Shown: positions 36,835-47,252, counted from the first letter of the stretch. The stretch is 64,000 nt of DNA from a virus (IMGVR_UViG_2830022421_000002:4013-68012), one strand, 5' to 3'. Program-made: numbers and translations. Notes: generated by a model from the sequence alone, not told the origin.

Positions 36835-38282
36835 TACCAGTCTTCCTCCTTTATCTCTGAATTTGTTATAAACTTATCATCGAATGATTCTGCTAATATT
36901 GTTAAACTATCAGGAGCATCGTCATATTTGTTACCACCCTCTTTCTTGTATGAAGTAAGCCATTTTATAAACCACCAGTAATCAGATCCTCTTTCATACT
37001 CTGACTCATCCAAAAAATGCATATGTGATTTTATCCATCCGGATTTCATTAATATCCGGGTAGGCTTATGCCCTGTTGTCGGAACAGGATGAATGATACA
37101 TTTATTTTTTGGATCGACAGTTTTTACAATACGGCTTACTTCTTTTGCAAAAGACTTTCCGCCGTTATTAGATTCTATCCTTATATGATCACATTTTTTA
37201 TCAATTATAAGTTGCGCTAAACGAGGTTCTGTTATATCAATGTTGTCTTTAGTAAAGATAGCATCAGTTATATAAATATCATTACCAAAAACAGGACCCA
37301 TCGGAGAGCTCAAATAGTCATTTCCTTCATCAGCGACATCAGTTGAGCCTATAACTCCATCCGGTACGCGCCCTTTGATATCTGATAGTTTAAACCGTTT
37401 TAATTCTGATTTTGGAAATAACAATCCTTTAACCTCAATAGGATTTTGTTGGTATTCTGCCTCCCAGATACTATCATCTGTTTCTGCCCTCTTATCCGTA
37501 TAATATTTCGTTGTATGTACATCTTCACAAAAAGATTTATCATTTTCATCAAGAGCAGCTATACGGATTTTTTCATTATAGTACTTCCCAGCACGAAACT
37601 CCTCTAATCGGCCTAACACATCATTTGCAGACCATCGTGTTCCAATGTCTATACAACAACAATTTCCTTCTGTTCTTGAATCGTGGGTGCCTTGGAACCA
37701 ACTCCATGTTCTTTCATTATTATTATCTGATAAGGCATCTTCTAATGACTTATACAGGTCATCGGTAATAGCCAGCATAGATGCACCAAAACCAATAATA
37801 GTACCACCTACACCAGCTCCAAAATATGATACTTGCCGCGCACCCTCAATACTCCATCCATGAACGTTTTGTTTATCAGATTTTAGTCTTATATCCGGGA
37901 ATATTTCTTTATATTTCCTCGATTTTACAATATCCCTGGTATCGTATGATAATTTATTGTATAATGGATCGGCGCAACAGTTACGCATTACAGATTCTTC
38001 AGGAAAATGTCCGAACATCCAACTTATAAAAAGTGACGTTATGTAAGATTTTCCGGCACGAGGTGGCATACTCACCGCGAGTCGATAAATCAAATTGTTA
38101 GAATATGCTTGAAAAACGCGTACAAAAGCTTCTGCTACTTTTTTTAAAAATAGACGCTTTGCGAAAAACGAAGGATCCATATACAAGCAATAAGCCCAGA
38201 AATCGTTCCGGGCTTCCCGCTTCTTGAGGACTATAGAAGCTTTCGCTTTTCTTAATAATATATCACGGCTCTTTTTTGTCAT
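36834..38282 (-). CDS. Terminase large subunit, 482 aa
   Basis: MPPRAGKS Walker A, ITDDLYK Walker B, IGTRW, YQQNP, STDVAD, DDAPDSL. Confidence 0.92.
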   Translation of the reverse strand: MTKKSRDILLRKAKASIVLKKREARNDFWAYCLYMDPSFFAKRLFLKKVAEAFVRVFQAYSNNLIYRLAVSMPPRAGKSYITSLFISWMFGHFPEESVMRNCCADPLYNKLSYDTRDIVKSRKYKEIFPDIRLKSDKQNVHGWSIEGARQVSYFGAGVGGTIIGFGASMLAITDDLYKSLEDALSDNNNERTWSWFQGTHDSRTEGNCCCIDIGTRWSANDVLGRLEEFRAGKYYNEKIRIAALDENDKSFCEDVHTTKYYTDKRAETDDSIWEAEYQQNPIEVKGLLFPKSELKRFKLSDIKGRVPDGVIGSTDVADEGNDYLSSPMGPVFGNDIYITDAIFTKDNIDITEPRLAQLIIDKKCDHIRIESNNGGKSFAKEVSRIVKTVDPKNKCIIHPVPTTGHKPTRILMKSGWIKSHMHFLDESEYERGSDYWWFIKWLTSYKKEGGNKYDDAPDSLTILAESFDDKFITNSEIKEEDW

Positions 38283-38772
38283 TAACTATACTTAGGAGTT
38301 GCTCATCTGTCATGCTTTCCAATTCATCTTCTAGCCTTACAGCGGCATCTAATTCTTTGCGGTCTCGCCATTTATCAGGCTGTCGGTTCTTTAGCCAGAA
38401 TATTTGAGCAGTGGTATCAGGAGGCATATGTTTTTTTATAATTTTAGCTTCAAAAAGTGTTTCAGGAAGACAGTCTTCATCTTTTGAATCTACTATAACC
38501 TTTTCGTAGTAAATTTCATTAAAATCATAGCCAAGTGCCCGATTATACAACTTGGATGCTACTGTCGCATCCGCTAAAGCCTTACCTTTTTTTAGGGACT
38601 GAAGAAATTCTGGGAATTTCTTTTTCCAGGTATTGAACGTCTTCTCTGATATACCGAACAGATCAGCCATTTCTTTATCAGTAGCGCCCAATAAAGAGTA
38701 ATTTTCGGCAAGTTGAATATATTCTTGCTTGAATGCTGTTTTACGTCCCCTATTGCTTTTAGTAGCTGACAT
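38263..38772 (-). CDS. Terminase small subunit, 169 aa
   Basis: GRKT, HTH GATDKEMADLFGIS, PPDTTAQIFWLKNR. Confidence 0.88.
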   Translation of the reverse strand: MSATKSNRGRKTAFKQEYIQLAENYSLLGATDKEMADLFGISEKTFNTWKKKFPEFLQSLKKGKALADATVASKLYNRALGYDFNEIYYEKVIVDSKDEDCLPETLFEAKIIKKHMPPDTTAQIFWLKNRQPDKWRDRKELDAAVRLEDELESMTDEQLLSIVNDKKEP

Positions 38773-38933
38773 ATCTTTTCTATTAAAATATAAAAAGGAT
38801 TTACATTTCTGTAATTCATTCCTCCATATACTTTCTGTTTAATATTTGTTTTCCACATCGCTCAAAAGAGACATTTTCCCAGATGGAAAGCACAGTTATA
38901 ATACCCATTTCCCAATATTATTATTTTATATTT

Positions 38934-39509
38934 TCACTTATAAATAATATTTCCATTTATTGCACTTTTAATCATCTCTAATATTTTATTATAGGTATTA
39001 CATAGATAATTCTTGTCTTCTGGTCCTTTCCATTCAGATAAACTATTCCCTTCGAAGAACTTCCATGAAAAAAGACGCTTTGCTTTATCAGATAGCTGTA
39101 AACTTTCAAATATATTCCTAACCAGGTGTACTTGTTTCAATATTTCGCCTGGACCATCAGATTCGACATACTCCTCTTCAATTAAGTTTAACTGTTGAAA
39201 ATCAACATTAGCATCTACTGGTAAATGCCTGTATTTATGCCTGTATGGAGATGTTGGTGACTGAATATTCAATTTTATCATTTGTAATATATAGTAATCA
39301 AGTTCCCGATACGTCCCTTTTTTTTTATTGTACAATTGTATGATATATTCATGGCTCCTATTATATTTTTCTAGAAGCATTACCATTACCTCGTTTAGAA
39401 CATCAATAGCTTCTTCATCCATACTAGTATGAGAGCAATGATATTTTGCATAATCAAGCCATCTATAATATCCGTCAGATATATATTTATCCAATTCCTC
39501 TCTAGTCAT
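38934..39509 (-). CDS. Sigma-70-like late transcription regulator, 191 aa
   Basis: EEAIDVLNEVMVMLLEK (region-2-like), C-terminal helical segment; last gene before the packaging module. Confidence 0.5.
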   Translation of the reverse strand: MTREELDKYISDGYYRWLDYAKYHCSHTSMDEEAIDVLNEVMVMLLEKYNRSHEYIIQLYNKKKGTYRELDYYILQMIKLNIQSPTSPYRHKYRHLPVDANVDFQQLNLIEEEYVESDGPGEILKQVHLVRNIFESLQLSDKAKRLFSWKFFEGNSLSEWKGPEDKNYLCNTYNKILEMIKSAINGNIIYK

Positions 39510-39650
39510 ATTTATTTTAATTAATTTTGTTACCAGCTATTGATTTAATAAATGACCGGGAGGTTCTTTTTTTAATAAAATATCCCTGTAATAGATTCTA
39601 TCTAAAACAGGGATATTATTTTTTTTAATATACTATTATTTAATCAAGTC

Positions 39651-39833
39651 TTATGGAGAGTATGCTTTGAACTTTGTTATATACCAATCGCTCTCACTTC
39701 CGGCAAAAGGATCATACCCTCCAACTTCAATAGGTTTGTATCCGGCATCGATAAGGGTTTTTCTTGCTCCTTGCTCATCTGTACGCGATATAAGTACAAA
39801 ACAGACAGTAAGTAGTAATAATGTTTTCTTCAT
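39651..39833 (-). pseudogene. Short, probably truncated secreted/lipoprotein-type phage gene
   Basis: Signal peptide with SRTD where a lipobox SCTD would be expected; ends abruptly at an AT-rich junction. Confidence 0.35.
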
Positions 39834-39834
39834 A

Positions 39835-40041
39835 TTATTTCATTTTTATAAATGCTTCGATAAATATTTTATTCAACATTTCGGCAAGATCTCCATGTGC
39901 ATGAAGAGAATTTCCCTCTAAGAAAGGATCTTCATATACCGGGATAATCATACCGTTAATGTTTAGTTCCATAGGTTCATAACCTGCCTTTTCTTTCAGT
40001 AGGTTATACATGCGCGGAGAGAGATAGAGAATATTATCCAT
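39835..40041 (-). CDS. Hypothetical protein, 68 aa
   Basis: Tightly packed, co-oriented ORF. Confidence 0.45.
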   Translation of the reverse strand: MDNILYLSPRMYNLLKEKAGYEPMELNINGMIIPVYEDPFLEGNSLHAHGDLAEMLNKIFIEAFIKMK

Positions 40042-40417
40042 TAGTCAATAGCTCGGGGTTGTCGTGAATGTTGCCAACTACTTTAATATTATTATTCATG
40101 CTATGTAGCTTCCAATCTGATCCATTCTGGCCTCCATTTACCCAGAATCCAGACTTATAAAACTCAATCCAATAATACCTACCTGTATAATCTTCCATGA
40201 TATCTCCCTCATATATCTCTTTACCATTCTTATCTGTTAAGCCTGTGAACTGTCCAACAGTTTCGGGGATAACACCTATTACCTTCTTATATTGGTTTTC
40301 CTCAGTGCAGATGCAATACTTCATTTCTTGTTAATTGGGATGTTGAAATTGCGTATAATAACCAAACACCCATTCTTTTGTATCCTCGTCTTTTCCTCTA
40401 AATTTTATCTTTCTCAT
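40034..40417 (-). pseudogene. YopX-family gene interrupted by an in-frame TAA (40331-40333)
   Basis: MRKIKFRGKD...EWVFGYY...N*QEMKY...PETVGQFTGLTDKNGKEIYEGDI...VVGNIHDNPELL read in a single frame. Confidence 0.75.
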
Positions 40418-40420
40418 TGC

Positions 40421-40840
40421 TCAATATTTTAAATCTGTCCAGTGAATAATTTGCCCCTCGAAATCGGTATTGAACCACTCCATAAAATCATTTACATTCT
40501 CAAAGCCGTCATTAATAGCTAACTCATAGACTTTATCCGATGGTAAATGCTTTCCGTCCACAGTGATATACATAGCGCCACCCTGATGAGTGATTATTAT
40601 ATCCTGCACCGATTTACACACTTCCAATCCTTTGATATTCTCATTGAATTGGAAATATTCTTTTGTCCGCACACCTGTAGCCAGATGCAACTTCATACCG
40701 GCTCTCCACCTTTTGCCGTGCCTGATCGTATGCTTTTTGGGGACATAGGCCTCAGCCCATTCCAGAAGCACACAAGCCAATATCTTTTGCACGAAGTGGG
40801 TAAGCTTGCCGTTTACTTTTGTTTTAAATCCTAGTGTCAT
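40421..40840 (-). CDS. ASCH-like hypothetical protein, 139 aa
   Basis: KKHTIR...WRAGMKLHLATG. Confidence 0.45.
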   Translation of the reverse strand: MTLGFKTKVNGKLTHFVQKILACVLLEWAEAYVPKKHTIRHGKRWRAGMKLHLATGVRTKEYFQFNENIKGLEVCKSVQDIIITHQGGAMYITVDGKHLPSDKVYELAINDGFENVNDFMEWFNTDFEGQIIHWTDLKY

Positions 40841-41473
40841 TTATCTAAATTTTTCAAGTAGTTTATCAATGAGTCGTTTCTTTCTCTCTGCTATACACCA
40901 TTTACCACCTTTCGGAATAATCAAGGCAATAGGCATATGCTTACATGAACACAAATCTGGCTTTGTATCATGATTGTCATACCAGAATAAAAAGCCGCCG
41001 TTTCTCCACATTTTGCCTTCATATACTCCAGAGGGATAAGATGATTCATAATTATAAAGGATGTTGAAGTCCTCTTGTTTCATTATCACATGAGTTTCGG
41101 TAAAAATCAAACTCTCAACTTTGGGTTGACGCCATCCACCGCCCAATGGATGGGTTATTGGTGGTATTATAGCTTTCTTCTTACCTCCCATTGATTCTTT
41201 TACTTCCTGCAAAGACTCAATAAGCATATCAATAGATTTTATCTTATTGAATTTCAGAATGACAGATTTATGTTTATCCAACTCGTCTGTATTTTTCAAG
41301 CTGGATGGATGCTTATCCCATTTACTTTCATCTTTTGGAAAATCCTGAGTGAGAATAACCATACTGTGAAAGCTCTCTTCCTCTTCATGGGCTGTAACCA
41401 TTTTTATATCACCAGTACCAAATGTTATTTGCTGATGCTGTTTATTTCCTCGTTTTACTTTTTCAAAAGGCAT
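40841..41473 (-). CDS. Hypothetical phage protein, 210 aa
   Basis: ORF in the early accessory cluster. Confidence 0.5.
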   Translation of the reverse strand: MPFEKVKRGNKQHQQITFGTGDIKMVTAHEEEESFHSMVILTQDFPKDESKWDKHPSSLKNTDELDKHKSVILKFNKIKSIDMLIESLQEVKESMGGKKKAIIPPITHPLGGGWRQPKVESLIFTETHVIMKQEDFNILYNYESSYPSGVYEGKMWRNGGFLFWYDNHDTKPDLCSCKHMPIALIIPKGGKWCIAERKKRLIDKLLEKFR

Positions 41474-41478
41474 AATAT

Positions 41479-41667
41479 TTATTCTTTTATAAGTTTCACT
41501 TTTACCGGGCCACCCTCATAGGTAACCTCAACATCTTTGTATAAATCGGAATGTTCTGTTATCTCGATTGCATTATTGTCAGAGACATATACTCCGAACT
41601 CATCATCATGTGTCGGCTCACTTGTATGCAAAACAATCGGGCCATCGCTATCTTTTGTTATCCACAT
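41479..41667 (-). CDS. Hypothetical protein, 62 aa
   Basis: Tightly packed ORF. Confidence 0.45.
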   Translation of the reverse strand: MWITKDSDGPIVLHTSEPTHDDEFGVYVSDNNAIEITEHSDLYKDVEVTYEGGPVKVKLIKE

Positions 41668-41675
41668 AGTTTTAT

Positions 41676-42038
41676 TTATTGAGTTAAGAAAATAGCTTCT
41701 CTTACGGTTTTTAGCATGATCCGCATATCAGGTTCGTAGATTTCATCCTCCAATATGTTTTCATCTTCAATGCAATCTTTGAGAGATTTGGCACAAAATC
41801 TCCTCTGTCTTTCAAGGAGTTGTTCTATTTCCCCTGTCAATACTATAAGTTTTGTGCTGTCAACATCTTTTATTCCTGCTTTTTTAAGCATTTCCAATAC
41901 AACATAGAACTTGTCTTTTTCTCTTTCCATTTTCAATCGAGCTTCTTCCCTATCAGCTTTCATCTTAGCCTTTATATCTTCCGGGAGGGCATCTTGTGCA
42001 TCCTTATCGAATGTGATACATTTTATTTTCTTGTCCAT
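41676..42038 (-). CDS. Hypothetical protein, 120 aa
   Basis: Tightly packed ORF. Confidence 0.5.
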   Translation of the reverse strand: MDKKIKCITFDKDAQDALPEDIKAKMKADREEARLKMEREKDKFYVVLEMLKKAGIKDVDSTKLIVLTGEIEQLLERQRRFCAKSLKDCIEDENILEDEIYEPDMRIMLKTVREAIFLTQ

Positions 42039-42040
42039 GG

Positions 42041-42484
42041 TTATAAAGTCTTTATATCTATTGCTAATCCTTGTCCTATTAGTCCGTGAATGTCAAAATG
42101 CCATTCGTAGAGCTTTTGGAAGAGTTCTATTTGGTGTGATGTATGCCATGCATCCCATCCGTCACTTGATTCAAAAGAATCATCTTTGTAGCTAAAATAT
42201 GCCATCGATGGATGTGCAGTTATAGCTAAATTCCTACTTTCTTCTAATAACCAATCATAGTAAGGTAGTGCTATCTTTGCCAGTTCCACAATAGGTATCT
42301 TCCCATCTTCCAAGCATGGTTTGTATAGGGCGGACATCGGGCGGAGGATGGGCTTCCTTACTTCATTTTCTACTAATGTTGTATAATTTAATGTTGTCAA
42401 GCTAAGCGAGGTACAATTTTCTTTAAACATTAATAAATTATACGGCAAATAGCCAGCTATATCTTTTAATTCTAATTTCCTCAT
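42041..42484 (-). CDS. Hypothetical phage protein, 147 aa
   Basis: KPILRP...WHFDIHGLI; ATGA overlap. Confidence 0.55.
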   Translation of the reverse strand: MRKLELKDIAGYLPYNLLMFKENCTSLSLTTLNYTTLVENEVRKPILRPMSALYKPCLEDGKIPIVELAKIALPYYDWLLEESRNLAITAHPSMAYFSYKDDSFESSDGWDAWHTSHQIELFQKLYEWHFDIHGLIGQGLAIDIKTL

Positions 42485-43149
42485 TTCAGCAATCTATTAA
42501 GGTTTGATTTTTTATTTATCTTAGTGAACTTCTGTAGTTCTCCAATCAGATCTACCACCTCGGCAGCTGTAGGCTCAGGCAGATTATTATGTCCGCTATC
42601 AGCCCCTACATTCACCTGTTCGGGGTTGCACATCTTAATCAACCTCAGCATAGGGCTCATATCGAACTTCATAACCGGTTCGATGGTGACATAAGTCTTT
42701 GCATACTTACTCAGGTAAGCCATTGCTTCTACCCTGTAATATGGCAGAGGGCTATCCCGCATCACTGGATGAGGTCTGTTACTTTCTATCGTAGTACATA
42801 CGACCGATCTTTTGAATACCGGATGTTCGATATATTTTATTATTCGCCCCGGGTTTTTCGACTGGAAGAGATAGCGGTTATCCGGGAAACTATCGCAATA
42901 GTCCAACGTTCTGATTATCCACTCTTCTGGATGCTCATTCGCGAACAGATCATTACTGCTACCGACAAAAATAAAGTTGTCAGCGCCCAAGTCGGTTTTA
43001 AATTCCGACTCATCCAAACGGGGCGGGTTCAGTTTACCCCACCGCTTCATATAACAATACCCGCAGTTGTGCGGGCATTCTCCTTTTACTGTATTGAAAG
43101 TATGGGTAACAAAGTCGTACATGTTACCCTTCGATTCGTTTAGTGACAT
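42481..43149 (-). CDS. Radical-SAM-like phage protein (DUF5131/Gp37-Gp68 type), 222 aa
   Basis: CPHNCGYCY (CxxxCxxC), SSNDLF, QSKNP, TIEP, GADSG. Confidence 0.8.
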   Translation of the reverse strand: MSLNESKGNMYDFVTHTFNTVKGECPHNCGYCYMKRWGKLNPPRLDESEFKTDLGADNFIFVGSSNDLFANEHPEEWIIRTLDYCDSFPDNRYLFQSKNPGRIIKYIEHPVFKRSVVCTTIESNRPHPVMRDSPLPYYRVEAMAYLSKYAKTYVTIEPVMKFDMSPMLRLIKMCNPEQVNVGADSGHNNLPEPTAAEVVDLIGELQKFTKINKKSNLNRLLK

Positions 43150-43209
43150 GATATATAATTTTCTTTGATTATTGTATATTTCAGTATATAATTCCGGACA
43201 AAAATTGTA

Positions 43210-43503
43210 TTATCCGTCCAGAACCCCCTCTCCAAAGATTGCAACAGGTAATTCCATATTCATAGTGAAAAAATCATGCTGTAAACCCATATATTCGGCT
43301 TCAGCCAGTTCCTCGGAATACATTTCCGTTACATCGGGATTCCACAACACACGCCCATCGGGTAACCGTTCCATCAATTCCATAAAAAACGCCAGCCTGT
43401 GACAATATTTGAACACATCCAGCGGCATGTCTTTAGTGGGAGTTATGACAACGGTTTCGATGGGTGTTGTCTTATCGAACAGATTAAGTTGAAAAGGATT
43501 CAT
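43210..43503 (-). CDS. Hypothetical protein, 97 aa
   Basis: Co-oriented ORF. Confidence 0.45.
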   Translation of the reverse strand: MNPFQLNLFDKTTPIETVVITPTKDMPLDVFKYCHRLAFFMELMERLPDGRVLWNPDVTEMYSEELAEAEYMGLQHDFFTMNMELPVAIFGEGVLDG

Positions 43504-43504
43504 A

Positions 43505-43903
43505 TTACTTCAAAAGTTGAAGAGTCTGAACCTTTACTTTCTCCAGATCGATAATAGATTTTACCGTTTCGTTGATAGCTTCGGCTTTCGGAATATACTT
43601 GTCGTCTTTTTCTATCTTTTGAATAGTATCAAGTAGTGTATTCTGAAGAGTTGCATACATGGAGTTGCTTTGTACAACCATATCCAAAAGAGTAGGATTT
43701 TTAACCAATCCGTTAGTGTTGAGAAGCACAAAATATTCCAGCTCCTGATCGATATCCGCTAGGGATATTTTTATGTCCCCAGTATCTGTTTTGAGAATAC
43801 CGAAGCTTTCACTCTCTATTACATCATGTACAGTCATTCTTCCTACACCTTCGTATCTGTACACATTACCTATCATTGTTCTTAATCTGTCGATCGCTTC
43901 CAT
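43505..43903 (-). CDS. Hypothetical protein, 132 aa
   Basis: Overlaps the HNH gene. Confidence 0.55.
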   Translation of the reverse strand: MEAIDRLRTMIGNVYRYEGVGRMTVHDVIESESFGILKTDTGDIKISLADIDQELEYFVLLNTNGLVKNPTLLDMVVQSNSMYATLQNTLLDTIQKIEKDDKYIPKAEAINETVKSIIDLEKVKVQTLQLLK

Positions 43904-44753
43904 TTTTTTCTTTTATTTTTCTGGTTAATAACATTTGAGCCCGTTTCAATTCAATTAATTCGGGATGAGATTCGACTATTGCTGTTCTTTGCTCCTTGGT
44001 TGATTTTTGTCCAAGCATACAAAAAGCTACAAAGCCATCTGCTAGATTTATAGTTCCGGAATTACGCAGTTGTATCTCTCTGTCTGTAATACATTCCAAA
44101 TTTTCTAATACACAATTAAGCGTATTACCATCTTTGAAAACAATATTGTAACCTTTGGGTACTTTTCCGTAAGCCTGTTCCCACAGGTAACGATGATAAT
44201 GTCTGAACTTTCCATCTATTTTTATGTGTTTGATCATCCGTCCATAATGCTTCCATACCCTTATGGTTCCATCGGGTGCTATGGGTTTTATTCCCAGAGT
44301 ATAAACATTGTCTTTTTTACTCCAGGCGGGAGTAAGCCCTATCTGAATATTTCTTCTACGGATATAATTATATTCATCCTCAGCTCGTTTCAATCCTAGC
44401 AAAGTCATTTTCTTTTCGATGTGCTTTTTCTTAAAGGTTCGGAATACCTTTTCGCCATCGATAACACGAAATGTACGTTTGAACTTATTAAGCTCAATAG
44501 CCAGCTCCTTGTCACCTTTCGTTTGGTAATTATCAATGAGGTATTGAATATCCTCTTTACACCATCGAATCTGAACCTGCTTAGCCAGTTTCATACGGAT
44601 ACATTGATGTCGTAAGGCTTGAACTGTTGCCGATTGGTTTAATTGCTTCACTGCTTCGAACAATTCTTTCCACGTTTTACGGTAGTAATTACTCCGGATG
44701 AATTCTAATTGTTCCTCTGACCATAAAACAGGTATCTTAGGTTTAGATTTCAT
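43866..44753 (-). CDS. HNH endonuclease-domain protein, 295 aa
   Basis: HRYLWEQAYGKVPKGYNIVFKDGNTLNCVLENLECI. Confidence 0.78.
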   Translation of the reverse strand: MKSKPKIPVLWSEEQLEFIRSNYYRKTWKELFEAVKQLNQSATVQALRHQCIRMKLAKQVQIRWCKEDIQYLIDNYQTKGDKELAIELNKFKRTFRVIDGEKVFRTFKKKHIEKKMTLLGLKRAEDEYNYIRRRNIQIGLTPAWSKKDNVYTLGIKPIAPDGTIRVWKHYGRMIKHIKIDGKFRHYHRYLWEQAYGKVPKGYNIVFKDGNTLNCVLENLECITDREIQLRNSGTINLADGFVAFCMLGQKSTKEQRTAIVESHPELIELKRAQMLLTRKIKEKNGSDRQIKNNDR

Positions 44754-44759
44754 CGTACA

Positions 44760-45539
44760 TCAATTAAGCTGTTGTAACAATCCACGAAAATTTACCCTCT
44801 CATGTATCATTTTCATTCGTCCCTGGCTTAAATTTTCTTTGGAAGAATTTTTCAGGCATTCCTTTTCTGATTTCTTATGCAGTATAGTGTAAAGAGGAAG
44901 AGCTTTTATAAAATTATCCTTCCGAGTATACTTTATCAGGCAATCAGGACAAATGCAATCGAGTTTTACATCATCATAATCTATGCCGAGCATTTTCCCG
45001 ACTTTGGAAATATCCATACCAGATACTTTTTCCAAAGCATTATCGAAGAATGCATCAAAGCCGGTCACACAATCACCGTAATAAAAAGGATATTCGAGTA
45101 TTTTATATAATCCCGGCTCTTTGTGAACGATTTTTGATATTTCTTTTGTGATAAAGAAATGTTCTGTCATTTCATCATTATCATAAGAATCTTCACAGAT
45201 TGGGCACGATGTCCTAAATTTATCATCGTAACAATCATCACATAAGAGGTCTTGATATTCTTTGTGATAATTGGGATATCCACCCCATTCAAAAACGCCT
45301 TTCCCGCAGTTCTCGCATTCGAAATCCTTTTCCCGATCGGATCGGAACTGGTCCCACCCTTTCTGTGAATATGAATAAAAAGCAAAAGTGTTCTTTTTTA
45401 TATATACTCTCCATGAATAGTGTTTTTTGTAATAGCGGCGCCAATCTTCCTTACTCGTTCCACTTCTGAAATATTTAAGGGTTTTCTTTGTTTTCCGTGG
45501 TAATCTAAATTTCCTCATAACAGACCTCCTTTTCTTCAT
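44760..45539 (-). CDS. Cys-rich (Zn-ribbon) hypothetical protein, 259 aa
   Basis: Four CxxC pairs (CENC, CDDC, CPIC, CPDC). Confidence 0.5.
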   Translation of the reverse strand: MKKRRSVMRKFRLPRKTKKTLKYFRSGTSKEDWRRYYKKHYSWRVYIKKNTFAFYSYSQKGWDQFRSDREKDFECENCGKGVFEWGGYPNYHKEYQDLLCDDCYDDKFRTSCPICEDSYDNDEMTEHFFITKEISKIVHKEPGLYKILEYPFYYGDCVTGFDAFFDNALEKVSGMDISKVGKMLGIDYDDVKLDCICPDCLIKYTRKDNFIKALPLYTILHKKSEKECLKNSSKENLSQGRMKMIHERVNFRGLLQQLN

Positions 45540-45684
45540 ACGTCAAACTGACCTGTCCTACACGAACGTCGTTATTTTTTGCCACTTCCTGCCGATAGCT
45601 TTTAAGGCAGTTTGTACGGTGGTTAACTCTCACATTCCCCTTTCCGCGGATGTGAATTACTGTGATTCGATATTTTTCAAACAT
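45505..45684 (-). CDS. Small hypothetical protein (probable start MFEKY at 45684)
   Basis: ATG lies 13 nt after a TAACGCAAT motif. Confidence 0.45.
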   Translation of the reverse strand: MFEKYRITVIHIRGKGNVRVNHRTNCLKSYRQEVAKNNDVRVGQVSLTYEEKEVCYEEI

Positions 45685-45703
45685 AATTTTTTGTTTTATT
45701 GCG

Positions 45704-46357
45704 TTACAAAATGTCTTTAAACCTTTTAATTCGTTGTTTCTTTTCATCTAATTCCTGAGCTGCTGCAACTTCGTTTTGTTGTCGTGTTTCCTCAAGCATT
45801 TTTTTGAGGTTCGGCATCTTATCAACATTCTGCATCAGGGCAACACCCAACGATTGTAGATTAGGAAACGGTTTTTGCATTTCTGCATTTGCTTTATACA
45901 TAGCAGATCTTCTCTCTTTTACATACTCCGAAAAACAGTTTAGTATAAATTCCCCAGACAGATTGTTATAGAGAGGACCATATCCACCCATCTTGATGCG
46001 GGAGATAACCAGCGTAAGCTCGGCTATATTCAGGTACGACCACCGTTTAACTATCCAAAAGGATATTTCTTTTATCTGTTCCTTTGTAAGATGTTGTGAT
46101 ACATTCACGAAAATATTCAGCGTGGCCAGATGAACAGATATAAAGTCTGAAGGGCAATCTTTGCTATACCAGCTCGCCAGTTCCGAAAAAGTGACAGCCT
46201 GGCTATTGATACAATGCTCAGCTAATTCGAAATCGCCATATTTATCCATACATACAGTCGGATTTACTTTTGTGATAAACTCGATAGCCTTGTTGTATTT
46301 CGCCAGTACCAGTTCCTTTCTCTTCTCGGGTATCATTAATTCATTTCTATTGTCCAT
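45704..46357 (-). CDS. Replication-associated helical protein (helicase-loader position), 217 aa
   Basis: Overlaps the initiator gene; LNIAELTLVISRIKMGGYG. Confidence 0.5.
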   Translation of the reverse strand: MDNRNELMIPEKRKELVLAKYNKAIEFITKVNPTVCMDKYGDFELAEHCINSQAVTFSELASWYSKDCPSDFISVHLATLNIFVNVSQHLTKEQIKEISFWIVKRWSYLNIAELTLVISRIKMGGYGPLYNNLSGEFILNCFSEYVKERRSAMYKANAEMQKPFPNLQSLGVALMQNVDKMPNLKKMLEETRQQNEVAAAQELDEKKQRIKRFKDIL

Positions 46358-47234
46358 ATTTCACACTTAGTTCTTCTGCTATAGCTACAGCTGTCCCCAT
46401 GGCAGTTTGTTTGTTTAATGATGTGGAATTATTATTCTTATATACTTTATTGAAGCTTTGGTCTAAAGCTTTCTTGAAAGTACTTACCCAGTCAATTTTG
46501 GCACTCTTGGAAGATTTTTTATTCTTCCATCCTGCTTCCGTACCCCAAAAGTCGCGATGGGCTTTTTCAAGGGAGAGAACAATATCCATGTTAGGATGAT
46601 AACGTTCCCTGTCTTTGATAAAGTCCTGATTTTGGATGAGATTATTATAGACAGCCGTTTCTTCCTCGAGGTAAATATCAAATGAGTCGCGCCACGTTTT
46701 TTCTGTTTTCTCTTTCTCTTTTTCCCCCATACCCCCTTTATTACTATCTCTTTCATTACCCATACTATTACTATTACCTATACTATAGCCCCTTTGAAGG
46801 GGCTTTGAAGGGGCTTTAAAAAAATCTTCAACAGTTTGAAAACCAAATAAATCTGATTTATCGTTTAGTCGTTTAATAATTCCCTTATGCGCCATATTAC
46901 TTTCGTTCAATGGCAGGTTGTTTTGGTTTTTGATAAAATTCCGGATGAATATGAACTTGCCATCATTAGAATACAGAATGCGGGGGGCAGGGGCTTCCTC
47001 TCTCGATGCTTTCTTTATCTCCTGTTTATCGTCCGGACATAACTCTACAAATGCTTTCTCTATGGACTTCCTATCAGTGCCAAGCTCAAAGGCTATAGTC
47101 TTGATGTTAACTTCCAAAAAGCCGGCTATGTCGCATTGATCGCACAGGTACATAAATAGGAGCTTCGATAAAGGACTCAACTCACTGAACCAATTATCTA
47201 CCCACTTATCTGTATTAGTATATCTGTTAGCCAT
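46347..47234 (-). CDS. Phage replication initiator / replisome organiser, 295 aa
   Basis: N-terminal RYTNTDKWVDNWFSELSPLSKLLFMYLCDQCDIAG; internal low-complexity repeat region typical of an intragenic origin. Confidence 0.7.
   Translation of the reverse strand: MANRYTNTDKWVDNWFSELSPLSKLLFMYLCDQCDIAGFLEVNIKTIAFELGTDRKSIEKAFVELCPDDKQEIKKASREEAPAPRILYSNDGKFIFIRNFIKNQNNLPLNESNMAHKGIIKRLNDKSDLFGFQTVEDFFKAPSKPLQRGYSIGNSNSMGNERDSNKGGMGEKEKEKTEKTWRDSFDIYLEEETAVYNNLIQNQDFIKDRERYHPNMDIVLSLEKAHRDFWGTEAGWKNKKSSKSAKIDWVSTFKKALDQSFNKVYKNNNSTSLNKQTAMGTAVAIAEELSVKYGQ
46787..46820. repeat. Iteron-like repeats inside the initiator gene (candidate phage ori)
   Basis: AGCCCCT-TTGA-AGGGGCT palindrome plus TTTGAAGGGGC x2, flanked by TACTAT repeats and an AT-rich tract. 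Confidence 0.5.
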
Positions 47235-47252
47235 ATTTTTTATTAATTATTA

